Source of the DNA: Rozella allomycis CSF55
Lineage: Eukaryota
Direction of reading: 5' to 3'
Length of the DNA: 56,601 nt
Assembly (NCBI GenBank): GCA_000442015.1
Contig: KE560757.1
Coordinates: 1-56,601, forward strand
Shown here piece by piece: positions 23,826 to 37,270 of this stretch. The translations under genes and the position numbers were made by a program. Positions within the stretch are counted from its first letter, which is position 1; every line of letters starts with the position of its first letter. Below the pieces are notes generated by a model. That model worked only from the letters and a program-made list of their open reading frames with translations. It was not told the DNA's origin and did no database searches.

Positions 23826-25693
23826 TTATATCAAAAGCAAATTGGGTATTTCTTCTGTGATATACTAGAATAGTATAAACTATATTTAATTACATTTCGA
23901 TAAAGGTCATTAATCTTCATTCTCATGAAACACTTTAATGGAACGGTTTCTCTCTTAAGCCAAATTTCCTTAATCTCCAAAGATAGATTAGGCTCTCTTA
24001 AATCAGCTAACGATTCATGGATTTCGAACCAATCATGTAATACTTCCCTTATTATTCGAAATCCTGATGGGTAAAGACCCAGTGCACGAATAAGGCGATG
24101 TAAATGACACTGAATAGTGGTATGAAATGATTTGAAAACAACCTATATATTTCTTTAAAATCAAACTCTTACTTCAAGAATATCGTCAGATACAATACAA
24201 GAGTTAGGTTTATAGTCCTTCAACTTGGTTAAAGGCTTATAGATTCTAACTCCACCATAATCCCTAAAACAAAATCCGAGAATTTTAATTTTCTGACATT
24301 TCGCTTCATCAAGAGATTCCACGACCAGCAAGGTGTTTTGGCCATGTGCTTCAAGTGCAAAACCGTCGAAAATTAAGGGAGGGAGAATGCAATCAAAGAG
24401 CTTTGCCGAGTATTCTTTTAAAAATATTTCTCTTTGAGCCTGGGTGGAAAGTTTGAATGCGTTAATAACATTTGTTTCTCCAGATAAATCTTTTTCAACC
24501 AAAGACGCAGCCATGATAAATCTAACGCTATTGACGTTCTCATTATCGTCAGTCAAAAAATCTCTTGCTCTAGGTCCATCCCTGACAATCATGCCAAGGT
24601 ATTTACTTATGTCAGGATCCTCATGTGTGAAGCCTGCACTTGCGACTTCATGGCAAAACCCTAATTTTGTTTCCGCTTTTCTTAAACGTAAATATGAAAG
24701 GCATTTTCTCTTTATATCGTCTAGTACAACCGATATTCTCGGCCCATTATATATTGAATATGGAGAAATAGATCTAAGTGCTGATGTTGTTTTTACTCCA
24801 AGTGACAATTTTAGATGTATTTTTGAATGATCTAACGGTTGCTTAACCGGTACAAGTGTTCTTATTGAAACTAAAGGGTGAGATGGCAGACATATCCCAT
24901 CAAATATTTGATAAACACCTTTCGGAATTTTATCTTCCAGTGATTTTATATTTCCTGGGTGAATTATTATCAATGCTTCATCCTGAGACATTTCTTCCAG
25001 GTGCTCTTCAGGGCTCTTATAATCACCTATATTCATCGAGCATTCACGAAATAACTTTTGGGTTATTTTGATTAAATCACCGTGAATTTGAAAATCTCTA
25101 ACTTTAATTTTAGCAAATAGCAAATTGACAATCGAATTTGACTCGCAAGAGAATCTCAGTGATTCATCAAGTGTTAAACCTAGCCTAGTTCTGTGCATCT
25201 GCTCAAAATCCTAAAAATATTTTACAGGATGGGTTGCGTGGCCTTCTATTACTGTGGATTCCCACTCTATTTCCGATGCTGTTAAGGGTGGGCAGTACTT
25301 GAGCATTGCAAACGATTGAACTAGTAAGAAAGATAAACTTGTCTTACATTGATTTTCAACCGAATTTTGAAGTTCTTCATAAATATTTTCCAAGTTTTCT
25401 AAATTAATCAAGGACTTTATTAAAGTCTTTGGATCCACACAAGAGTTGTCATAATCTTCTTCGAAAATTGCTATAGGGAATTTGAAGTCCATAGGATCAA
25501 CATAAACAGCACCGTTTTTCTCTATGGGCTTATTAATAATACGACATTTGAATAGATTCGTCTCACTGTCCAAGGGTCCAACAAAGAGTTCCTCGTGATA
25601 AAATTTGTATGAAATTAGTCTTTCATTTATCAAGGTACTCAAAAGCCTCTTTGATGTTGAGAAATGACATGCTTCCATAACTATATTCACCAT
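23826..25693 (-). CDS. IucA/IucC-family NRPS-independent siderophore (NIS) synthetase, rhizoferrin-synthetase-like
   Basis: 'EGHATHP|MHRTRLG', 'SIRTL', 'HLKLSLGVKTTSALRSISP', 'ALEAHGQNTLL', 'FRDYGGVRI', 'HLHRLIRALGL'. Four 27-30 nt introns. Confidence 0.9.
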
Positions 25694-25776
25694 AATTTTT
25701 CTGGACAACAAGTGGCGAAGTTTGTTCTGTATAAAAATTACGATAAGCTTTATTTATAAAAATTATATTTATTATA

Positions 25777-26795
25777 TTAATAAAAATCTTCCATTCCATT
25801 GTAATCTTTCCTGTCTAATGCTTCCAGGCCTAGTTGAACTACACCAAGCTTTTTTTGCAGAACTTGCAAAGCAGATATTAATACCTCTTCTGGTTTCATC
25901 GCCCCAGTGGTCTATAAAATTAATTTTTTTTGACTACCTCGACATTAAAGTAAAATTTATCTGGTTCTGCATGTGGATCAAACGCTTCATCGACTGGATA
26001 TTTCTCTCTTTCAGAATATCTACTTTTTGGCCTGTAGATATGAATAAAATAACGCATTTACCATTCTTTATCAATATCTTCCTCAACCCAAAAGGTTGTA
26101 TGTCGTAACAAATTATCTGGATCGTATTCAAATTCGACTGCGGATACTGGGGCCCATTTTGAGTGTTCTTTAGCGACCCCCATTTTCGCGATGCATTTCA
26201 ATTTCACTTCTTGATTTTTTCTCAGCTTTACGATCAAAACTCCCTTGTCCCCTTCACTTGTTTTAATGGGTACGACGTCAGGATTTTGACTAATCAATTG
26301 AACACTAGTGACGTCCTTTGTTTGATCGTCTTCGCATCTTTATTTTACTCAAGGATAATAAAATTACTTGGCATGTAGATATAGTTCAACGGAACATAAG
26401 TTGCAGTGTTCTAGACAATTACAATCCTAAAATGAAAACAAAGAATCATAGTCACTCTGGTATATTTGAAATTATTAACAGTTGAGCTTGTCAATGGAAT
26501 TAAGCCTAATCTCTGACTTAGCATCTCATCGCATATAACAGAAGAATTCAATTCTATTTCGACAAGGTCGATTGCTTTTGATTTAAAAATGATTAAATTA
26601 CCTATAAATAAAACTAGAAAAGGTTTTACCTATTGTTGGGACTTCAGCGAGTAAGATCCTTCTCAACCCATTTGCTAAACTGGTTCACGGCAATAAATTC
26701 ATATACCTTAAATCACAATCACTTAAAGTAAACTTTATGGAGTCACTTTTGACTTCCTGGACTGTAATTTTAGGTCTTTTTGGAACGGCAACCAT
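25777..26795 (-). CDS. RPB3: RNA polymerase II subunit RPB3
   Basis: '[23 protein letters not shown]', '[30 protein letters not shown]', 'FEYDPDN'. Multiple mini-introns including a tandem pair. Confidence 0.95.
26575..26629 (-). other. Two abutting spliceosomal mini-introns (28 nt + 27 nt) with zero-length exon
   Basis: ATA G|gtaaaaccttttctagttttatttatag|gtaatttaatcatttttaaatcaaaag|CA ATC GAC restores 'PTIAIDL'. Confidence 0.75.
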
Positions 26796-26844
26796 TTAAG
26801 AAAAATATGAATCCCGGCATTCTAAAACAGTTGAAATGTACAAT

Positions 26845-27178
26845 TTATTTTTTTCCCTCAATTCTGACAAATTGTCTCCATGCTTCATATTTTTCTGGGC
26901 TTCGATCAGAGTCATTACGGAGAACCGATCCAACGCCCATGAACAATCCAAACGATGCACCAGATGTGGCCATGTATTGAAAAACGGTGCGCAAATAACG
27001 CTGAGACATATTCACTCTTCTTCCTCTAAAATTTAAGTAATGTGCGATAATAATACTGTATGTATGCCATATTGCCAAAGACAAACCCTATGCAACATCC
27101 GACAATCCCGCCCATGAAAACTCCTAATTTAAACTGATTCCAGTATCTTTGAAATTCAGATCCTTTATCTTGCTTCAT
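26845..27178 (-). CDS. MGR2: Mgr2/Romo1 TIM23 subunit
   Basis: 'QFKLGVFMGGIVGCCIGFVFG...YMATSGASFGLFMGVGSVLR'. One 31-nt intron. Confidence 0.9.
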
Positions 27179-27324
27179 TTTGGTAATTTCCAGTGAAACG
27201 GTTCTGCGCCACGTTTACTTCTTATAGAGTTAGGTATTAAGAAACGAATCGCAGTGAAACTTTTATGGAACATGCCATTAAAGTTTCACTCAAAATCTCG
27301 AATGTGTGAAATTTCTTAAACGCC

Positions 27325-28287
27325 ATGGATGACCCATTGTACGAAAAATTGCATGCTTTGGAAGATGATCGTAGCAATAGAGATGAAGATTCAGATAGAA
27401 CAATTGATTCATTGGAGTTAGGAGAATTCATCGAGTCTTTAGAAGGCAGTGATGTGGAAATTCAAGATGACGAATATTGTCTTCCTGCAAACACAGTAAA
27501 TTTTCGATAAATAAATTAAAGTCTGATTTAACACCGCGATTACATAACACTGGGCCAAAAGGAGTCCTCGAAGAATACAAAATCCATCAAAAGGGGCAAA
27601 GAAGGGAAAATGCGCTAAAGACTAGAATGGTTTGGGACATGGCAAAAAAGAATAGTCTAGCATTAAATAAATCATTTGGGGAGACAGAAAAAGTAAGGAC
27701 CACTTATTCCTAGCATAGGACCTTGAAGAAATATCTAAAATTAGGGAGAAAAGATTAAGAGAATTAAAACAAACGAAAGTATTCAAGTAAGTAATTTTGA
27801 CTCACTATTACATAATTAGGAGGAAATTTGGTCATTTATATATAGTTGAAATGCATCAATTTTTACGTGAGATTGAAAATGAACAAAATGCTGTCCCTAT
27901 TATTGTACATTTATATAACGAGGTAAAATTTAAGTTTATTTCCAATGTGATTTCAGATGATTGTCAGGCACTAAATGAGTATATGAAAAGCCTTTCCAGA
28001 AAATATCCATTCGCCAAATTTTTAACAATGGAGGCTTCTCAACTCTCTGACAAGTTTGATATTGATGTAGTCCCGATACTTCAAGTTTATTACAGCGGGA
28101 ATCTTTCCCATAATTTTGTACGCCTTGTAGATTATCTGGGCGAGAATTTTACAAGCTGGGATCTTGAAATTTTTTTGAGAAAGTAAAATATAAAATACTT
28201 TTTGTTCCAAGATATGAAATTCTCACGAGTAACCATGAAGGAGAATTTGACAGCGACATAGAGCAGGAAGTCAGTGATTCAGAATAA
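27325..28287 (+). CDS. Phosducin-like protein (PhLP1 type)
   Basis: 'HNTGPKGVLEEY', thioredoxin-like 'IIVHLYNE...CQALN...KYPFAKF...VVPILQVYYSGNL'. Several mini-introns, one probably GT-TG. Confidence 0.88.
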
Positions 28288-28522
28288 GATAATAAATTGC
28301 GCCTTAAATATAGAACCATTAACACCTAATAACCTATGGGGTCTTAATTTATTATCCATTCATTTGTTTTATTTGCCCCAAATGAACGCTAACCAGATTC
28401 ATTGTCAATTAAGCTCGGATTAGATTTAGTACAACTAAAAAATGGGCGAAAATTTAATTAATAGATTCTTTAACTTTTTTTCCAAAAAATGGTCAACTTA
28501 AAGTGGCTAGGCAAGGTTTGCT

Positions 28523-29894
28523 ATGGTCAATGTGGAAGGGGATGATGAATCTCAAATCGCCCTGTTAAATGACATTAATGAGAAACCAAAACAACGGATT
28601 TCAATCACTTCATCTGTGTTTAACCTGTCTAATACCGCGATTGGTGCTGGAACTATTGCCATCCCTTTTACATTCAAAATTATGGGTATATTCAACGCAA
28701 TATTCTCCTTGATATTGGCTGCAGTTACAACCGCATTTTCATTGCACTTTTTGGGCAGAGTATCATCTGAAACCAACACTTATTTATATTCAGGTAGTGA
28801 TAAACTAGTCTTAATAACGATAGACTTAAGTTTAAAGACCTTTGGTAAAAGAGGAGAGTTAATAACAATTATCGTGATGATGTTGTTAATGTTTGCTCCT
28901 CTGATTGCATACCAAATTATTGTCGGTGATGTTGCATATTCGATTTTACAATACTGTTTTCCGGCATTAACTGAGGAATGGCTTTTCGATCAAAGATTTG
29001 TCACCTTTGTAACAACGTTCTTCATCATTTTTCCCATTAGCCTCACCACCAATTTAAAAGTTTTAGGGAAGCTTAGTTTTGTATGTCTTATTTGCATTTT
29101 ATATATCATTGTCCTTATCGTAATAGATCTTTTCTTAGACAGCAATGTGGACCTTCAAGAGATTTTGAAATTGCCGTACTTCAAGTTTGATTTGTCTATG
29201 TTGGGAGCATTCGCAACTATTTTAATGGCTTTCATTAGTCATACAACTGCATTAGATATTTTTTCTGTTTTAAAGGACCCTTCAACTACTCGCAAAACCG
29301 CAGTTATTGTATCCACAAATATTATTGTTCTGGTTTGTTATATTGGTGTTGGACTCTTTGGCTATTTACATTTCCAAGAAGATGTTTTAGGTAAGCCGCT
29401 ATCTAATTCACAATTAGATAACATTCTACTACAAAAGAATACAATCCCATACTTGATCGGATGTGTGTCTTTTGGATTAATGATATCATTTACATATCCT
29501 TTAATTCTTATTCCTGCAACACATTCTTTAACCTGGATATTGGAAAACACATTTTCATCATTGTCTGTCATGTTGAAAAGAATGTCGCCAAAGAAAAGGC
29601 ACATCATTTTCGCATTTAGTTTTATTGTGATATCATTTTGTCTTAACCTGATATGGCACCGAATAATTTTTGTATTTGCATTCTTTGGCTCCCTGTGTGG
29701 ATCAACTATTGTCTTCATTCTACCATCTCTGTATTTTCTTAAACTTAAATCTGATACTAAACCTTCTGAATGGTAAGTAAGCCAATGAACTTGGATCTAG
29801 GGAACTAGCGGCGGCGTATCTGAATCTCGCAGTGGGTATCTTATTATTGGTCTTTGGAACTGGCAGTCAAATTTATGTCTACATAATTGGTTAA
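28523..29894 (+). CDS. AAAP/SLC38-type amino acid transporter (AVT-like)
   Basis: 'SSVFNLSNTAIGAGTIAIPF', many TM helices, 'GSLCGSTIVFILPSLYFL'. Three mini-introns. Confidence 0.9.
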
Positions 29895-29956
29895 ATAAAT
29901 ATTCATTTTCGCGGTGATATTTTTTCTGTTTAATCAAGCCACGCAAAAATTTACTG

Positions 29957-31052
<1,096 letters not shown>

Positions 31053-31073
31053 ATTTCATGAATTGAATTGAAT

Positions 31074-32440
31074 TCAACGCCTTTTTTTATTGTACTTTTT
31101 TTGGATTGTTTCTAGGTAGTCATCGCATTTCTTAAAAATTGATAAGAAATGTTCATATTCCTTTAATTGTGCTGAAAACATTTTACTTGGGCTACAAAAG
31201 TTTCATTTAAACATTCATTAAAAATTTCATTTCTATTTTCTTCATTGACCCAAGCGCGGGCTTTCTTTACAGAATTTTTGAATTTGGAATCAGTTTTTGA
31301 TAAATGGTAAATTCTCTCGACTAATCGACCAAGCAATACAAATAAATAATGCGATAATTTATGATAAAGTAATGCTCGTTGATTACAATAGCGATCGACT
31401 AGAAAATTTGCTCTCACTTTTCCTAGATTGGGTTCAGTCTTAATTTCTTCATATTCAGCTTGGCCTCTTTCAAGAGCTTCATTATCTGAAATTTCATCAT
31501 CTGTAGCTACGATATCTGAACAATCCGAGTCGTCAAATTCTTCAGCTTCAATATTTAAAAATTCATTCTCTCTTTCTGACAATTCTTCTTCTGATATATC
31601 AGTATCATCATCTTGATTATTTTCTTGTACGCTAAATTTGTCTTCTAGTAATTTTATGAGCCTCTTTTTTCTCTGAAGGATCTTTAAATACAAAATTTAC
31701 CTTAAAAGAAAAGGTGCTGTAAGGAGTCCCTTTGAGATTTAAATGATATCTGATCAGACGCTTTTTATGACAGCATTCACATTTAGAATCTTTCTGTAGA
31801 TAAACATCAGTATCAGACAATGTCAAATCTTCGATCCGTGGAAATAATTCCAGGGCTGCTTTAAATCTCTTCGACCATCGATCAGAAGATAGCATATTTT
31901 TATAATCTTCTATTTTCATTTTAATTTTATCGTAAGGAATCGAAAAATAGACATCCCTCCCATTTTTTAAAACTGAATTTAAGAAAGTATTGTCTAAAAT
32001 ATGCGACACCAACATTTGTAATGTAATTTGGAAATAGTACTTTTCACTTTGCGGTTTAACTATTTGAAACGCTGGTGTAGTTTCTTTTTAAACTATATAA
32101 TCTTTTGGATACCTGGTTCTTCATTTTCAACAACGAAACCTTTCAAGTCTTCATCCCAATTAGAATCTTCAGACGACGATTCGCTATCAGATCTATATTC
32201 AAATTTTGGTAAATGTTACAAATTTATTGATNTATTCAAATTTTGGCTAATGTTACAAATTTATTGATTTTCTTGGTCCTTTTTGCCGCTCTACGTTAAC
32301 AACTCATCCAGATCTTACTCATAACTAAACTCTGGAGTTTCTTGGACTTTGAAAGTCTATTTCAAATCTCCACTTAAATTTTACTTGGTTTCTTTCTTTA
32401 CTTGTTCCTCATCATCATCAGAAGAAACAATTCTTTTCAT
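31074..32440 (-). CDS. DUF4211/CCDC82-like protein, paralog 1
   Basis: 'SSDRWSKRFKAALELFP...KCECCHKKRLIRYHLNLKGTPY' and 'FLVDRYCNQRALLYHKLSHY'. Confidence 0.7.
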
Positions 32441-32574
32441 TCTAGGTTCAGCCACAGTTTTGAAATGTGACAAACGACAAATTGAAAAAAAGTATTGATG
32501 TGTAGTTCATCTAATTCTTAATTTCGTGAAGGTAAGAAGTAAAAGGTCGAAAATTGGGAAAATGCTTATCAAAA

Positions 32575-34089
32575 CTAATTTATTTTGTTGGCATGTCTTT
32601 CTTCCAAAAGAAAGGCATCAATGCCACTAACTAAATTTGTGAATATGTTAAAATCCTAGATTTAAAGGGCAATAAAAGTTATTACAGACTCTACGAAATT
32701 CTCCTCTCTCAATATGTACTTTACTGTCGAATCCATATCATCTTTTGACAATTTGGGCCAAGTTCTTGTTTCTTCAATGCAACTAGCAGTGTTATTCACC
32801 AATAAACAAACATTTTCAAGTATAGCATTAAAATAGTGATACAGAAAATGATATAGCTCATGAAAGTAAGTGGATCTCGAATGACAATATCTTCCAACAG
32901 CAAAAGTCAGCTCCTTATCGTTTAAACTATAATCAATTGTATGTGGCAACGATTCATCGCTACTGCTCTCCTCTTCATAGTTTTTCAATTTCTTTTCGTT
33001 TTCCTTTTCAATCTGCAAGTATTTTTCCGTGTTTTTAACTACGTTCGGATTAATCGATACCCTTTTCTTTTGATCGGCTAGAGCTGTTAACATATCATCA
33101 TCCTCGCTATCCTCAAGAACCACACGTCCTTTATGCTTCACTTTATTCTCTCTAGCTTCATCATCACTTCCATCTACTTCCTCATCATCAATAAAATCCG
33201 ACATAAGCATATCATGTGAAGAAGAAATCGGTTGTTCCTGCTCGTCAATCGCCTCAGGATGAAAGACACTAAAAACTTGTCGCTTCTTTCTTTTTTCTTT
33301 TTCAAAAGTATTTCTATTGTAAGGTTCTCCTGAAAAAGATAAAATAAATGATGCAATTCTGTGTTTCTTATTGCATGCTGTACACTCGGGTCTTGCGAAA
33401 ATGGTTTCTCTTAAAATCTCTTGTGATGACATTTCTGGATAATTTTTAATTACAGCCTATAATAGTTAGAGCAAAGGGAATACTTCGAAATCCTTCTTCC
33501 AAGCATGAGAGTACAGAGTATTGGTGGAAGCATCAATTTTCGCTTTTATAGATTCAATGGCAGCTATATATGGGTTACCCATCGATCTATTAATGCTGTT
33601 GAAAAATTTATCGTCCAAAATGTGTCGAACATAAACTTCAGTCATTAGTTTAAAGTCAAGCCATGGATCTTTCCTGAGCATGATAAATGGCAAAATGGGA
33701 TCAGATGCTAATTTCTCTGACAAATCATTTTGTTCATTCGTAGAAGTGGTGTCTGATGATACTGTTATGACACTATTTGAAGTAGATCCTTCATCAGATG
33801 TGACATCGTCTTGATCACTAATTATATCATGATCATTCTTGTCTGTTCCTTCGACTGTTGGACTAAATTATTTATTTTCATGAATTTTTACCTTTTATTT
33901 ATGATTTCAAATGGTTTCGTCTTTTCTAATTAGACTTAATAAACTTTGTTACTTTTCATAAGTAATTCAAGTCTTTGTCTTCTTTCAGGCGTTCTATTCT
34001 TTGCTTATTGTAAATAAATACTTTAATTTTGGTAGATCATTCTCAGAATCTTCAGATTCCGATGAACTGGTCAAAATTCTTTTAGGCAT
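32575..34089 (-). CDS. DUF4211/CCDC82-like protein, paralog 2
   Basis: 'SHAWKKDFE|AVIKNYP...CTACNKKHRIASFILSFSGEPYN' and 'FAVGRYCHSRSTYFHELYHF'. Confidence 0.75.
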
Positions 34090-34233
34090 TGAAATTTACA
34101 AGTTACCACAGTACAGGCCGGGAAAGATTGTATTATTTGTATAAATTTTTGACAATTACATTCAAGCAAAAAACATGTAGGAAAATGATTTTTTAAGCCA
34201 AGTTTACTCCAATTGAAAAGTATCCAAGGTAAA

Positions 34234-35121
34234 ATGTCAGACACCAATAACGTTTCAAGAAATTCATTTTTGAACACGCCCTCATGTTACTATGATTCAA
34301 CAAGAAGACATTCATTTGAATCTTATAGTTCATTTACAAAATCTAAAGCGGATAAAAAGCATTACTCTTCCACAAAAGATATAGATTCCCTTTTGCTTAT
34401 CCCCGATGAACAATCTTTGCCTAATTTTCAACCTGATATCGTTGATAACATGTGTGGAGATGTTGACGATTTGATATCTCTTGCTGACAATAAATGTGCT
34501 CGACAATCACAGCCAAACGTCTCCAGATACAGAGTATCGTTGGAAGATCTTACGTATAGCACGGAAATTAATGAGGTGGCCACAGATATTGAAACAATTT
34601 TGGGGTATGCCGAAAGTCGAGATGTCGTCAATTCGATCTTAAGCGTGGACATTGATACTTTGCTTCAACAAGAAGATCAAATATTGCAAATTTCTAAACC
34701 TGGAGAATTCACTGAAATGGACCATGTTGATCAATACAGACCATTGATCCGATCAAACTCTGATATTGACCAAATGATGGAAATAGGCGAAAATCTATAC
34801 AATTCAAATTCTTACGAAGATACATTTCATTCATTTTTTGAAGATTATTCAATTAATGATATTGACAGCTTATTGCAGGCAAATAGAGTTGGCTCAGAAG
34901 GGAATTTAAATCGCTACCGTGGATCTGTATCAACATTATATATGAAAGACCAAGGCATGGAATATTTATCTCGTAATAACCTTCCATCTCAAACGCCACA
35001 GGACATTGATGACTTGTTGCGACTAGCCATAGAGGAAATTGAAAGAGGAATAATATCAGACAATGATATAAGAACAGAAAAACTTGATATTGATAGTATT
35101 ATAGCATTAGCAGTTCAATAA
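34234..35121 (+). CDS. Orphan acidic protein with eight D-I/V-D/E-x-hydrophobic-hydrophobic motifs
   Basis: Intronless ORF with DIDSLL, DVDDLI, DIETIL, DIDTLL, DIDQMM, DIDSLL, DIDDLL, DIDSII. Confidence 0.75.
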   Translation: MSDTNNVSRNSFLNTPSCYYDSTRRHSFESYSSFTKSKADKKHYSSTKDIDSLLLIPDEQSLPNFQPDIVDNMCGDVDDLISLADNKCARQSQPNVSRYRVSLEDLTYSTEINEVATDIETILGYAESRDVVNSILSVDIDTLLQQEDQILQISKPGEFTEMDHVDQYRPLIRSNSDIDQMMEIGENLYNSNSYEDTFHSFFEDYSINDIDSLLQANRVGSEGNLNRYRGSVSTLYMKDQGMEYLSRNNLPSQTPQDIDDLLRLAIEEIERGIISDNDIRTEKLDIDSIIALAVQ

Positions 35122-35166
35122 ACTTTGCTCTTTGTTTGATTAGCTATTAATAAATTTCGGATTTTC

Positions 35167-37234
35167 ATGGAGGATTTTCGGAACTTGTCGTGGGATAACT
35201 CCTCATCGAAATCAAAGGACCTTAATAAAGACAAAACGACCATGCAAGAAAAAACAGCCACTTCTCCTTTATCCGCTGCATATTCACAGCCATGTAAGTA
35301 TTGATAACACGTTAAAAAGATTCAATGTCAAATAGATCATTTAATGGCTTTGCCAATAATGATATACAATCTCCAAATTCTAGTATTCCTAGATCTGTAG
35401 TTGATTCTAATAACCAAGCGAAGAAAACATTTGATGATCCATTTGGGAATCTAATTTCGTTTGGCTCTTCCAAAGTGCAATCACCATCAAATATGTCGCT
35501 TGATGAACAAATGAAAATGATTGAAAAACAGAAACAAACGCAAATGCTAAATTCTTTTAGCTCCTTGTCAGTAAAGAGTACATCGCTAAATCCTGTTGCT
35601 GGACCTACTTTTCAAAATCAAAACACCCCTAAAACATCACCTTTAGACACTTGGAATCTTGATTATTTGGAAAATACTTCTCCAAAGGCAAATAGTTCAG
35701 TGAGCAAGAAGCAATCAGAAAGGGAACTTATATTTGATATTTTTGAAACTCCTACAACCATAAAAGTGAAAGATGATGAGAAAAAACCAACGCCATCATT
35801 TCAACAAACCGGTAATTCTGAAAGTATGGCTCTTCCAATTAAACCGACAAGACAGCCAGAACCAATTTTCTCATCGCCAAGGCTAGATTCTAATAAGGAA
35901 TCGAAATCTAGTATTGAAATTCAAAAGTTAGTTGAAATGGGATTTTCTAAAGAAATGGCTACCACTGCATATAATGCATCGAATAGAGATCTTTCCGCAG
36001 CGGTTTCTTTGCTACTGGCAACTCAACAGACCGAAAAGGCGCAACAAATTAAAAGAAATGATTCTAACCAAAGCATAAGTAGCGAAACTGTTTCTAAAGT
36101 GGTATCTAACGTTGCCAATTTTGGTATGAATTTGTTTCAGAAAGCAAAGTCAAAAATATCAAATGTTGTTGAGCAACAGTTGAATAAAGGCTCAAATAAT
36201 TGGCATGATGAAGAAGACGAAGAAGATTATTATAAACAAGACACTAAAGAAACGTCCAATAATTCGAACCAACAGATGAAACCAATTATCCCGCAAGTGT
36301 TCAAAGCCCCTGTGGTTCAGAAACAGAAAATAGAAGCCCCAGATTCAGTCACTCAAGCGGCTGAAATTTTAAAAGAGCAAGGAAATGTATATTTTAAACA
36401 AGGGAATTACACAGATGCTGAAGACAAATACACAAAAGGCATTGAAATGCTCCCTGCTGGGCATGAGCTGTATATCTGTTTATTGAACAATAGAGCATCT
36501 TGCAGATTAAAGAATGGAAGTTATAAATCTGCGGAGGAAGATGCTTCAAAAGTCCTTTCCTTTGAACCCAATGATTTAAAAGCGCTACTCAGACGAGCTA
36601 ACGCTTATGAAGCCCTTGAAAAGTTTGATAAAGCTCAGGCTGATTACAAATCTATCTTAACTCTGGATCCGTCTATCAGCTCAGCATCACAGGCGTTATC
36701 CAGGATTAACAAGGGATTAAAACAATTAAACGATGGAAATACAATAGAGAAAAGTATTAATTCTGAAATTAAATCATCGTAAAAATGTATTTTGAAAATT
36801 ACTCTAGTCACGTTGACCCTTCGGTAAAAGCAGCTCAGGAAGCAATCGTGAATAAACTAAAGGAGCAACAAAAAGCCGCCGAAGTTGAAGAGCAAGAAAA
36901 ATTAAGTTTCAAGGATCAAGTTGATGATAAAGTAATTAAATGAATTCAGAATTGACAGATTAACGCTTGGAAGCATCAAAAGGAAACCAACATAAGGGCG
37001 CTTTTATCATCTCTCGAAGTAATTTTGTGGAAAGAACTAGAATGGAAGCCTGTGAACTTGTCTGATTTAATTCAACCGAATAAAGTTAAAATTCAATATA
37101 TGAAAGCAATCGCCAAGTTACATCCTGACAAGTTGGGTAACAATCTGTCAGTTGAGCAAAAAATGATAGCCAATGGTATCTTTTCTGTTCTTAATCAGGC
37201 ATGGGATGCTTTTAAAGCTCAAAATAATATGTAA
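35167..37234 (+). CDS. SWA2: Auxilin-like clathrin uncoating factor (UBA-TPR-J domain)
   Basis: 'DDPFGNL', UBA 'KLVEMGFS', TPR repeats, J domain 'NIRALLSSL...YMKAIAKLHPDKL'. Confidence 0.9.
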
Positions 37235-37270
37235 AAATAAATTATGCATTATGACAACTACTTCAATTCT

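Noticed and set aside
25722-26378. + strand ORFs opposite RPB3 and many other short ORF-track entries
   Set aside because: Antisense or alternative-frame shadows of identified spliced genes.
31682-31700. Possible 19-nt intron in DUF4211 paralog 1
   Set aside because: An in-frame AG at 28 nt fits the local length mode better.
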